From Dehalococcoidia bacterium (GTDB taxonomy: Bacteria; Chloroflexota; Dehalococcoidia; UBA2979), in the NCBI GenBank assembly GCA_965262725.1, contig OZ253555.1, positions 2,208,001-2,272,000 of the forward strand: a stretch of DNA of 64,000 nucleotides, written 5' to 3'. Below, one piece after another: positions 18,329 through 26,389 of the stretch. Each line of letters begins with the position of its first letter. Positions within the stretch are counted from its first letter, which is position 1. Position numbers and translations under genes: made by a program. The notes under the pieces are model-generated. The model was not told the origin of the DNA, made no database searches, and saw nothing but the letters and a program-made list of their open reading frames with translations.

Positions 18329-20010
18329 GTGGCCGTGCCGCTCGCAAGCCCGCGCACCACGTCCTCGACCAGCCGGGCGGGGACATCGTCGCGCACGACC
18401 GTCCGGCCCGGCTGCTCCAGGAGGACGAAGCGCTGCTGTCCGGAGACGATCTTCTTGTCGTAGCGCATCGCCTCGAGCACCGCCTCCGGGTCGATGCGGG
18501 GGCAGGCGACCGGGAGGCCGAAGGCGCGCAGGATCTCGTCGTGGCGGCGCGACTCGCTGGAATCCAGGAGTCCCATCCGCTCGGCGATGCGGGCCGCGCC
18601 GACCATGCCGACGGCCACGGCCTCGCCGTGCAGGAACTCCTCGTAGCCCCCGGCCGCCTCCACGCCGTGCCCGATCGTGTGGCCGTAGTTGAGGATGGCC
18701 CGCACGCCCGACTCGTGCGGGTCGCTCGAGACGACGAGCGCCTTCGCCCTCACCGAGCGACCGATGATCGACGCGAGGAACGACGGATCGGCGGTGCCGC
18801 CCGCGAGTTCGGCGGCGTGCTGCTCGAGCTCGTCGAGAAGCGCCGTGTCGAGGATCAGGGCGTGCTTGATCACCTCGGCGAAGCCCTCGACGAGCGCCCG
18901 GTGCGGGAGCGTCGCGAGGGTCTCGGTGTCGGCTATGACGCCCCTCGGCTGGTGGAAGGTGCCGATGAGGTTCTTCCCCTGCGGGAGGTCGACGGCGACC
19001 TTGCCGCCCACCGAGGCGTCGGTCATCGCGAGCACCGAGGTCGGCAGGTGGACCAGCGGCATGCCGCGCAGGTAGGTCGAGGCGACGTAGCCGGCGAGAT
19101 CGCCGACCATCCCGCCGCCGAGCGCGAGCACCGTGTCGCCGCGCTCGGCCCGCTGCTCGGCGAGCCAGCCGTAGATCTCGGCCGCGACCGAGAGCTGCTT
19201 GGAGCGCTCCCCCGCCGGCACGATATAGGAGGCGCCGGCGATGCCGGCGTCGTCGAGAATCTGCGTCACCCGCCGCCCGTGAAGTCCGATCACGTCGGCG
19301 TCGGAGATGATGAGCACGCGCCCGGAGAGGCCGAGCATCCGAAGGCGGTCCGGGAGGCGCTCAAGCTCGCCCGGTCCGACCCACACCGGGTAGCGCTCGC
19401 GGACGGTATCGACGACCGCGGTCGGGGCCCGCGCCGGCGCCTCCGCCCCGAGGCGAGCGCGCCGGCGCTCATCACCGAGCGCCGCCTGGGAGCGCTCCGC
19501 CCACAGCACGAGGATCCGCGAGGCGACCTCCTCGGGCGAGAGCACCTGCGCCGGGATCCAGGCGTCGGCGTGGGCGTAGAAGGGCCGTCGCTCCTCGTCG
19601 AGATCGAGGAGGCGCCGCTCCACGTTGCCGCCGAGCAGCGGGCGCTCGCTCGCGTCGGGCGATTGCCGGAGACGCTCCGCGATCGCGTGCGGCGTCGCGT
19701 CCAGGTGGCAGAGGAAGCCGTGCTCTCCGAGCGCGCGCCGGGCGCGCGCGGAGAGGAAGGTACCGCCGCCGGTCGCGATCACCGCCGGCACCTGCCGCGC
19801 CGCCTCCACGACGACGCGCTCCTCGATGCGGCGGAACGCCGCCTCGCGCCCCGAGACGATGAGCTGTGCGGGCGTCCGACCCTCGCGCTCCGTGATGAGA
19901 TCGTCGGTGTCGAGGAGCGGCCAACCGAGGCGCTCCGCGAGCGCCGCCCCGACTGAGGACTTCCCGACTCCCGAGAGGCCAACGAGGACGATCTGCCGCG
20001 AGGCGCTCAT
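18325..20010 (-). CDS. aroB: Fused shikimate kinase / 3-dehydroquinate synthase (AroK-AroB)
   Basis: N-terminal GLSGVGKS...DTD...ATGGG; C-terminal GGGMVGDLAGY, DASVGGK, LNYGHTIGH, HGEAVAVG. Confidence 0.93.
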   Translation of the reverse strand: MSASRQIVLVGLSGVGKSSVGAALAERLGWPLLDTDDLITEREGRTPAQLIVSGREAAFRRIEERVVVEAARQVPAVIATGGGTFLSARARRALGEHGFLCHLDATPHAIAERLRQSPDASERPLLGGNVERRLLDLDEERRPFYAHADAWIPAQVLSPEEVASRILVLWAERSQAALGDERRRARLGAEAPARAPTAVVDTVRERYPVWVGPGELERLPDRLRMLGLSGRVLIISDADVIGLHGRRVTQILDDAGIAGASYIVPAGERSKQLSVAAEIYGWLAEQRAERGDTVLALGGGMVGDLAGYVASTYLRGMPLVHLPTSVLAMTDASVGGKVAVDLPQGKNLIGTFHQPRGVIADTETLATLPHRALVEGFAEVIKHALILDTALLDELEQHAAELAGGTADPSFLASIIGRSVRAKALVVSSDPHESGVRAILNYGHTIGHGVEAAGGYEEFLHGEAVAVGMVGAARIAERMGLLDSSESRRHDEILRAFGLPVACPRIDPEAVLEAMRYDKKIVSGQQRFVLLEQPGRTVVRDDVPARLVEDVVRGLASGTAT

Positions 20011-21245
20011 TCGGCGGGATCCTCCGCTGCGCCGGCGCCGGCCGCCTCAGCGGACGGCCCTCCGGACGCGCTCGCGCGGCGCGGCCCCACGCTCTTCCGG
20101 AAGGCGGCGTGGTTGCGCCGGAGTTCATCCATGTGGTCGCCCCCGAACTTCTCGATCACCGCCCCGGCGAGCACGATCGCGAGCATCGCCTCCCCGATCA
20201 CCGCGGCCGCCGGCACCACGCAGGCGTCGGAGCGCTCGTAGAACGAGGTCGCCTCCTCCCCCGTGTGGAGGTCCGCCGTCGGCATTCGGCGCGGCACGGT
20301 CGATATCGGCTTGATGGCGGCGCGCACGAGCAGATCCTCCCCGTTCGTCATCCCGCCCTCGAGGCCGCCCGCGTGGTTGCTCGCCCGCCGCCACGGGCGA
20401 TCCGACCAGCTGTGGCTCGGCAGGATCACGTCCTGCGCCTCGGATCCGGGCAACGACGCCACCGTCCATGCATCGCCGATCTCGACCCCCTTAACAGCGT
20501 TGATGGAGAGGAACGCCTGCCCGATACGGCCGTCGAGGCGCCGGTCCCACTGCACGTGGCTGCCGAGGCCGAGCGGGAGGCCCTGCGCCCGCACCTCGAA
20601 GACGCCGCCCAGGGTGTCGTGCTCCGCCTTCGCCTGATCGATGGCCGCGATCATCGCCGCCTCGACGGCACCGTCGGCGACCCGCACCGGGGATCGCTCG
20701 ACAGCCTCCCAGTCGACCTCCTGCGGCGCCTCCCACAGGACACTGCCTATCGAGCGCACGTGGGAGCGCACCGCCACGCCGAGCTCCTGAAGCAGCGCGC
20801 GCGCCACCGCTCCGACGGCGACGCGCGCCGCGGTCTCGCGCGCGCTCGCCCGCTCGAGGATGGGGCGCACGTCGTCGAAGCCGTACTTCTGCGTGCCGGC
20901 GAGGTCTGCATGCCCGGGTCGGAGCAGCGTGACCGGGTCCACTCGCTCATCGACCTCGTCGACCGCCATCCGCACGCGCCAGTTGGCGTTGGCGTGGTCG
21001 GCGTTGCCGATCCAGAGCGCGATCGGCGATCCGATGCTCTTCCCGTGGCGGACGCCGGAGGTGATCTCCGCGCGGTCGCGCTCGATCTGCTGCCGCTTGC
21101 CGCGGCCGTAGCCCTGCTGCCTGCGGGCGAGGTCGCGCGCGATCCCCTCCTCCGAGAGCTGCAGCCCGGCCGGGATGCCCTCGATGACCGCGGTGAGCCC
21201 CCGGCCGTGGGACTCGCCGGCGGTCAGGAAGCGGAGCGCGCTCAT
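20007..21245 (-). CDS. aroC: Chorismate synthase
   Basis: MSALRFLTAGESHG, RPGHADL, ERASARETAARVA, AIKPISTV, ERSDAC. Confidence 0.96.
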   Translation of the reverse strand: MSALRFLTAGESHGRGLTAVIEGIPAGLQLSEEGIARDLARRQQGYGRGKRQQIERDRAEITSGVRHGKSIGSPIALWIGNADHANANWRVRMAVDEVDERVDPVTLLRPGHADLAGTQKYGFDDVRPILERASARETAARVAVGAVARALLQELGVAVRSHVRSIGSVLWEAPQEVDWEAVERSPVRVADGAVEAAMIAAIDQAKAEHDTLGGVFEVRAQGLPLGLGSHVQWDRRLDGRIGQAFLSINAVKGVEIGDAWTVASLPGSEAQDVILPSHSWSDRPWRRASNHAGGLEGGMTNGEDLLVRAAIKPISTVPRRMPTADLHTGEEATSFYERSDACVVPAAAVIGEAMLAIVLAGAVIEKFGGDHMDELRRNHAAFRKSVGPRRASASGGPSAEAAGAGAAEDPAE

Positions 21246-22060
21246 CGCCGCGCCTCCCCGCCCCGGGCGGCCGTGCCGCCCGGCCGTCCCGCCGCGTCGG
21301 GAGGCGCGGCCGCCACGGGCGGAGTCGCGGGCTCTTCGCTCCCGGAAGCACCGAGCGTGATGCCATCGCCCGGGGCGATCAGCGCGCCCAGTTCGGGATC
21401 GAGGTCGCGGCCCGGCGCCGCCTCGCGCGTGCGCCACGTGGCGAGCACCCCGGCGGGATCCTGATCGGGCGCGGCGGCGGGGGACGCCCCATCGCTCGCC
21501 TCGTCCTCCGCGGTCGCTTCCGGGGCCGAGGCGTGCGGATCGAGCTCCCACCGCGCCGACCAGTCGACGGTCGCCGCCTGTTCTCGCGTCGTGCGCGTGG
21601 TGAGGAGCGCGCGCGTCCGGGTCGCCCCCGAGGCGTCGCGGTAGCGCTCCCAGACGTCGATTTGCACCTCTGAGAAGCGGACGTGCGGGATCTCGTAGAG
21701 CAGCCGCTCCACCATGCGCAACGCGACGCGCCTGCCGACCACGAGCGGGCCGCCGAGCTCGCGGCGCTCGCCCGAGACGACGCGCACGTCGCCGTCGGCG
21801 AGAAGCGAGGCGCGCACGCGGTCACGATCCGCCGCGACGAGCTCGGCGGAGGCGAGCGCTGCCCAGTCCGAGGACGGCATCCCCTTCGGAGGGCGCATCT
21901 CCCGCCACGACTCGAAGGCGGCCTCGAGCGCCTCCCGGAGCACGTCGAGGTCGCCCGAGGCGATGCGCTCGCGCCAGGCGCGCGCGGTGAAGGTCCCCTG
22001 CAGCACGAGGCAGCCGAGGAAGACGCCGGTTGCCACCACGATCAGGACGCCAATCTCCAC
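21242..22060 (-). CDS. Hypothetical protein with N-terminal membrane anchor
   Basis: Hydrophobic MEIGVLIVVATGVFLGCLVL followed by a globular-looking region; its stop overlaps the aroC start. Confidence 0.7.
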   Translation of the reverse strand: MEIGVLIVVATGVFLGCLVLQGTFTARAWRERIASGDLDVLREALEAAFESWREMRPPKGMPSSDWAALASAELVAADRDRVRASLLADGDVRVVSGERRELGGPLVVGRRVALRMVERLLYEIPHVRFSEVQIDVWERYRDASGATRTRALLTTRTTREQAATVDWSARWELDPHASAPEATAEDEASDGASPAAAPDQDPAGVLATWRTREAAPGRDLDPELGALIAPGDGITLGASGSEEPATPPVAAAPPDAAGRPGGTAARGGEARR

Positions 22061-22079
22061 CTCGCGCCCTTCCGGTTTG

Positions 22080-22931
22080 CTACCGGCCTCTGACCGCGGC
22101 GCGGGCCGCGTCGAACATCACCCCGAGGGGTGGCTCGAAGCCGGTCCACAGCCGGAACGAGACCGCGCCCTGATGCACGAGCATCGAGAGCCCGCCGACG
22201 GCGCGCGCCCCGCCGCGCGACGCCTCCTCGAGGAAGGGCGTCCACTCCGGGGTGTAGACGGAATCGAACGCCACCTGCCCGGGACGGAACGCCGAGCGTG
22301 GGAGCGGGCTCCTGGTCTCGTCGGGGCCGTGCCGCATGCCGAGCGGCGTGCAGTGTATCACCAGGGAGGCCTCGTACAGGGCGGCGCGGAGCTCGCCCGA
22401 GGCCTCGTCGAGGGGGCAGGTCGAGAGCGTGAGCACCTCCCCGGCGAGCGAGCGCAGTTCCTCGCCGCGCTCCGGAGTGCGGTTCGCCACCATCACGTCC
22501 GCGGCGCCGAGAGCCGAGAGCGCGATCACGGCTGCGCGCGCCGCGCCGCCGGCCCCGAGCAGGACGACGTGCTCTCCCTCGACCCGGATGCCGGCCTCCT
22601 GCCAGGCGCCACGGAGCCCCGCCACGTCGGTGTTGGAGGCCTCGAGGAGACCCCCGGCGTTGACCACGGTGTTGACCGCGCCCACGCGCTCGGCCGCCCC
22701 ATCCGGGCGGTCGAGGAGCGGGAGTATCGTGACCTTGTGCGGCACGGTGACGTTGGCGCCCAGCAGATCGCCGCCGCGCAGGCGCTCCACGGCCAGAAGC
22801 AGCTCGGAGGGGGGCACGTCCCACGCCTCGTAGCGGATGTCGAGGCCCGAGGCCTCGAAGGCCGCCTGTTGGAACGCCGGCGAGATCGAGTGCGCTACCG
22901 GATGGCCGAGGAGAGCGACGCGCCTCGTCAC
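22080..22931 (-). CDS. aroE: Shikimate dehydrogenase
   Basis: GHPVAHSISP, GANVTVPHK, GAVNT, NTDVAG, LGAGGAARA, GLSMLVHQG. Confidence 0.95.
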   Translation of the reverse strand: MTRRVALLGHPVAHSISPAFQQAAFEASGLDIRYEAWDVPPSELLLAVERLRGGDLLGANVTVPHKVTILPLLDRPDGAAERVGAVNTVVNAGGLLEASNTDVAGLRGAWQEAGIRVEGEHVVLLGAGGAARAAVIALSALGAADVMVANRTPERGEELRSLAGEVLTLSTCPLDEASGELRAALYEASLVIHCTPLGMRHGPDETRSPLPRSAFRPGQVAFDSVYTPEWTPFLEEASRGGARAVGGLSMLVHQGAVSFRLWTGFEPPLGVMFDAARAAVRGR

Positions 22932-22936
22932 GGGGG

Positions 22937-24070
22937 CTACTCGCAGGCCGCGCGGTAGCGCACGACGTTCGCGATGTGCTCGTCGAGCGTCTCCGCGAAG
23001 AGGTGGCTGACACCGTCGCAGGAGGGGTTCGCCACGAAGTAGAGGAGCTCCGTCTCGGGTGCATCGACCATCGCGCGGATCGCGGCGGCCCCCGGCTGGG
23101 CTATGGGCCCGGGTGGAAGGCCCGAGACGCGGTAGGTGTTGTAGGGCGAGTCGACGTCGAGGTCATCGATGGTGAGCTCCTCCTTCCACCAGCCGTAGAG
23201 CTCGACGCTCTCTTGAGTCGCGATCGAGTACTGCACGGTGGGATCGGCCTGGAGCGGGATCCCCCCCTGGAGGCGGTTCAGGAAGACCGAGGCGATGAGC
23301 GGGTACTCGTCCTCCAGGGCCCCCTCGCGCTCGACTATCGAGGCGAGCGTCAGGAGCTCGTGGAGGGAGAGGCCGCTGGCGTCCGCCTCCCGGATCAGCC
23401 CGGGCGTGACGACATCCGCGAGCGCGTCGAGCATCGCCTGGACCAGCGACTCCGCGCTCTGGGCGTCGGCGAGCGCGTAGCTCTGGGCTGCCAGGTAGCC
23501 CTCGAGCGTCGCGCCCTCGGGGCGCGCGACGAGGAGGGGATGGCTGCGGGGACCCTGGCGTACGGCGTCCCACTGGGCCGCGGTCACGACGCCCTCGGCG
23601 ACGCAGCCGGGCGGCGCCTCGTCGTCGCCGTCGACCAGGAGCTCGCCGAGCTGCTCCAGGCGCAGCCCCGCGGGCACGCAGACCACGACCTCGCTCGGAA
23701 CGCCGGCGCGGAGGCGCCGGATCAGCTCCCCGGCCGGCGTGGGGCGCGGCAGCGTATAGCGGCCCGCCTGGAGCTCCGGGGCGGCGCGCTGGTAGTCGAG
23801 CAGGAGCAGGAAGGCCCGTGCGTCGGTGAGCACGCCCGCGTCGACGGCGAGCTGGGCGATGCCGCCGGCTCCGGCTCCCTGCGGCACCACGAGCTCGCTC
23901 TCGCCCACGGCGGGGCGCACGGCGACCGCGGCCGTTCCGGTCCGTTCGTGGAGCGCGGCGGCGGCCGCTTCCGGCGTTCCGTCGAGCAGCATGCGGGCGC
24001 CGACGCCGACCAGGCCCGCGTAGAGCAGGAGCGCCGCGAGCACGAGCGTGAGCGGATCACGCGCTCGCAT
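22937..24070 (-). CDS. mltG: Endolytic transglycosylase MltG (YceG)
   Basis: N-terminal TM helix, LASIVERE, IASVFLNRL, LQADPTVQY, SPYNTY, GLPPGPIAQPG. Confidence 0.92.
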   Translation of the reverse strand: MRARDPLTLVLAALLLYAGLVGVGARMLLDGTPEAAAAALHERTGTAAVAVRPAVGESELVVPQGAGAGGIAQLAVDAGVLTDARAFLLLLDYQRAAPELQAGRYTLPRPTPAGELIRRLRAGVPSEVVVCVPAGLRLEQLGELLVDGDDEAPPGCVAEGVVTAAQWDAVRQGPRSHPLLVARPEGATLEGYLAAQSYALADAQSAESLVQAMLDALADVVTPGLIREADASGLSLHELLTLASIVEREGALEDEYPLIASVFLNRLQGGIPLQADPTVQYSIATQESVELYGWWKEELTIDDLDVDSPYNTYRVSGLPPGPIAQPGAAAIRAMVDAPETELLYFVANPSCDGVSHLFAETLDEHIANVVRYRAACE

Positions 24071-24500
24071 CGTCGGCTCTCGCGTCGCCCCCTGCAGAAG
24101 GGTCGCGGCGTGCGTCCAGGAAGCGCTGCAGGATCATCGCCGCCGCGATGTCGTCCGAAGGCCGCTTCCGCCGGGAGGCTGGCCTCCCGGTCGTGCGCAG
24201 TGCCTCCTCCGCCGCCCAGGTCGTGAGCCGCTCGTCTGCGTACTCGACCGGGAGGCCGAGAGCGGCGAGCCGCGTGCCGAGGCGGCGCGCCGCCCGGGCC
24301 GCCTCGCCCTCCGAGCCGCCGAGCGTGAGCGGCAGACCCACCACGATGCCGCCGGCCTGCTCGCGGGCGGCGGTGGCGCGGACGGCGGGGAAAGCGGCGG
24401 AAGCAGGCACCACCTCGAGCGGGACGGCGAGCCGCTCGTCGTCGTCGCAAATCGCGAGCCCCACTCGCTCGCTGCCGGGGTCGACCCCGATCCAGCGCAT
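24057..24500 (-). CDS. ruvX: Pre-16S rRNA nuclease / Holliday junction resolvase-like YqgF
   Basis: MRWIGVDPGSERVGLAICD, IVVGLP, DERLTT, DDIAAAMILQRFLD. Confidence 0.92.
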   Translation of the reverse strand: MRWIGVDPGSERVGLAICDDDERLAVPLEVVPASAAFPAVRATAAREQAGGIVVGLPLTLGGSEGEAARAARRLGTRLAALGLPVEYADERLTTWAAEEALRTTGRPASRRKRPSDDIAAAMILQRFLDARRDPSAGGDARADDASA

Positions 24501-26383
24501 CAGCGAAGCCGCGCCCGGCCCCGCGTGTCGGACCCCGCACGCGCGAGCAGCGGCGTGGGCTCGCCGCCATTCGGGCTCCGGCTCTCCTCGCCGTCCCCGT
24601 CCGGAGAGGCCTCCTCCGGCTCCGCCTCGCCCTCCTCCTGCGGCTCCTCGAGCATCCCGGCGAAGTCGATCGCGATGCGCTCGGCGCGGCGCGGCATCCA
24701 GCGCCAGGGCACCCACTCCGGCTCGAGCGTTACCCGGGGCGCCTCCTCAAGGCCGAGACGCTCGACCAGCCTCGCGGCGGCCACGCTCGGCTCGACGCCC
24801 GTGAGCTCGGCGCGCAGGGGATCGAGGTCGGGGACGGCGTGGACGCGTCCTTCCACCATGATGACGACGCCGCCGCCCGCTCCCTCCGGGGCGGCGGCGA
24901 GCGTAGCGGAGACCGTGTCGTGGAGGAGCGCGACGCCGTCGGGGAGGGCCTCCTCGATCAGAAGCCGGCCGTAGGCCTCGGCAGTGGCGACGGTGACGGC
25001 GAGCCCCGAGGCGAGCGCGGTGTAGTCCATGAGGAAGACATCGGTCGCCTCGCCGAGCAGCGACTCCGGCCGCTCTGTCAGGATCACGACGCCCACCGTC
25101 TCCTCGAGCAGGGTCGCCTCCTCGGAGGCGTCGCGCAGCGCCCGCGTCGCGGCCCGGGCGAGCACCGCCCGGGCGAGCTCGCGGAGGCGGTCCACGTCCT
25201 CCTGCGCGACCGCCGGGACCAGTATGTTGGTGCCGCCGTCGGCGGCGACCGGGTTGATCACGGTGAGCGAGGCTGGCAGCTCCGTGCCGAGCACGCCGAT
25301 CTCCCCGGGGGCGACGTTGCCGTCGACGCCGGAGAACTCCGCTGCTGCGCCCACGTCGACCGATTCGCCGGGGGGCACCACGACCGGCTCGTCGGTGAGG
25401 AAGGCCGTCCCGGAGTCCGTCCGGGCCACCGTGTCCGCTGGCAGATCGATGTGGGCGTCGCTCGCGTTCGCGAAGCGCAGGATCGTGGTGGCGCGGTCGT
25501 CGCCGATCTCGGTCTCGCCGGTCGGCACGGTGGCGAGCGTCGCCGAGATCTCGCGCTCGACGCTCTCCGCGGGGACGATGGCGAGCGAGATGTCAGGCGC
25601 CTCGATCAGGGGCTGTGGCCGGACCTGCGCCGAGCGGCTGATGGGCTCGCTCGCCGGCACGATCACTATGCGCGCCGAGGGCAGCTGGTAGCACGCTGCG
25701 ACACCGGCGAGCGCGACCGCGGCGAGGAGGAACAAGCCGCGGAGCGACGAGCCGAGTCGCGGCTTGGGGATGGTGAAGACGCGCGCGCCGAGGCGCAGGC
25801 GCCACGGCCCGCGGCGTAGTCCACGCGGCGAGCGCGCTGCTCGCAGCCCGTTGGCGCGCGCGTGCGCGCGCACGTCGCCGCGCGAGGAGACAACGCCGAG
25901 CGCGGTTCCCCTCCTCCGGACGTGGGCGGCGACGTGCGCCCACGCCGCCGCCGACCGGAGCGCGCGCGCGCCCCGCGGCACCAGCAACATGATGTCGGGC
26001 TCGGTCGCAGTGTCGATTCGGCCGGTCACCGCCAGCCAGTCGTCGTCGCGGCGGGCAACGATCGTGGCGACCGGGATGGCCTCCCGCCGGCCGCGGTCGC
26101 GCCGGGGACGGGCCGTCCGGGCGGGCCGCTCCCGCCGCTCCCGGGAGGGGCGCCTGGTGACGAGCGCCCGCGCCGCGGTGCCGAGGCGCCGCAGGCCTGC
26201 TGCGGCTGTCCCGGCGAGTCGCCGTGCGCCGGCGCCTGCCGCCCGTCCCAGCCGACCGCAGGCCCGGCTGGCGCCCCCAGCGAGCGCGCCGCCCCTCGCG
26301 GCGATTCGCTCGCCGATGAGGCGCAGCCGTCCCGAGGCCGCTCCGGACGGCGGGCGGGAATTTCCGGGCCGATCCGGCGACAT
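24500..26383 (-). CDS. Membrane-anchored baseplate J/gp47-like domain protein
   Basis: Basic N-terminal region and one TM helix (LFLLAAVALAGVAA), then LPADTVART...FLTDEPVVVP...GVDGNVAPGEI...TVINPVAADGG, a pattern typical of baseplate-J-like domains. Confidence 0.65.
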   Translation of the reverse strand: MSPDRPGNSRPPSGAASGRLRLIGERIAARGGALAGGASRACGRLGRAAGAGARRLAGTAAAGLRRLGTAARALVTRRPSRERRERPARTARPRRDRGRREAIPVATIVARRDDDWLAVTGRIDTATEPDIMLLVPRGARALRSAAAWAHVAAHVRRRGTALGVVSSRGDVRAHARANGLRAARSPRGLRRGPWRLRLGARVFTIPKPRLGSSLRGLFLLAAVALAGVAACYQLPSARIVIVPASEPISRSAQVRPQPLIEAPDISLAIVPAESVEREISATLATVPTGETEIGDDRATTILRFANASDAHIDLPADTVARTDSGTAFLTDEPVVVPPGESVDVGAAAEFSGVDGNVAPGEIGVLGTELPASLTVINPVAADGGTNILVPAVAQEDVDRLRELARAVLARAATRALRDASEEATLLEETVGVVILTERPESLLGEATDVFLMDYTALASGLAVTVATAEAYGRLLIEEALPDGVALLHDTVSATLAAAPEGAGGGVVIMVEGRVHAVPDLDPLRAELTGVEPSVAAARLVERLGLEEAPRVTLEPEWVPWRWMPRRAERIAIDFAGMLEEPQEEGEAEPEEASPDGDGEESRSPNGGEPTPLLARAGSDTRGRARLR

Positions 26384-26389
26384 GGCGCC

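Noticed and set aside
18325-20010. AroK-AroB fusion as a novelty
   Set aside because: This fusion is known from many bacteria.
24500-26383. Baseplate gene as evidence of a prophage, T6SS or eCIS
   Set aside because: No other structural genes in the window; it has a TM anchor and is coupled to housekeeping genes.
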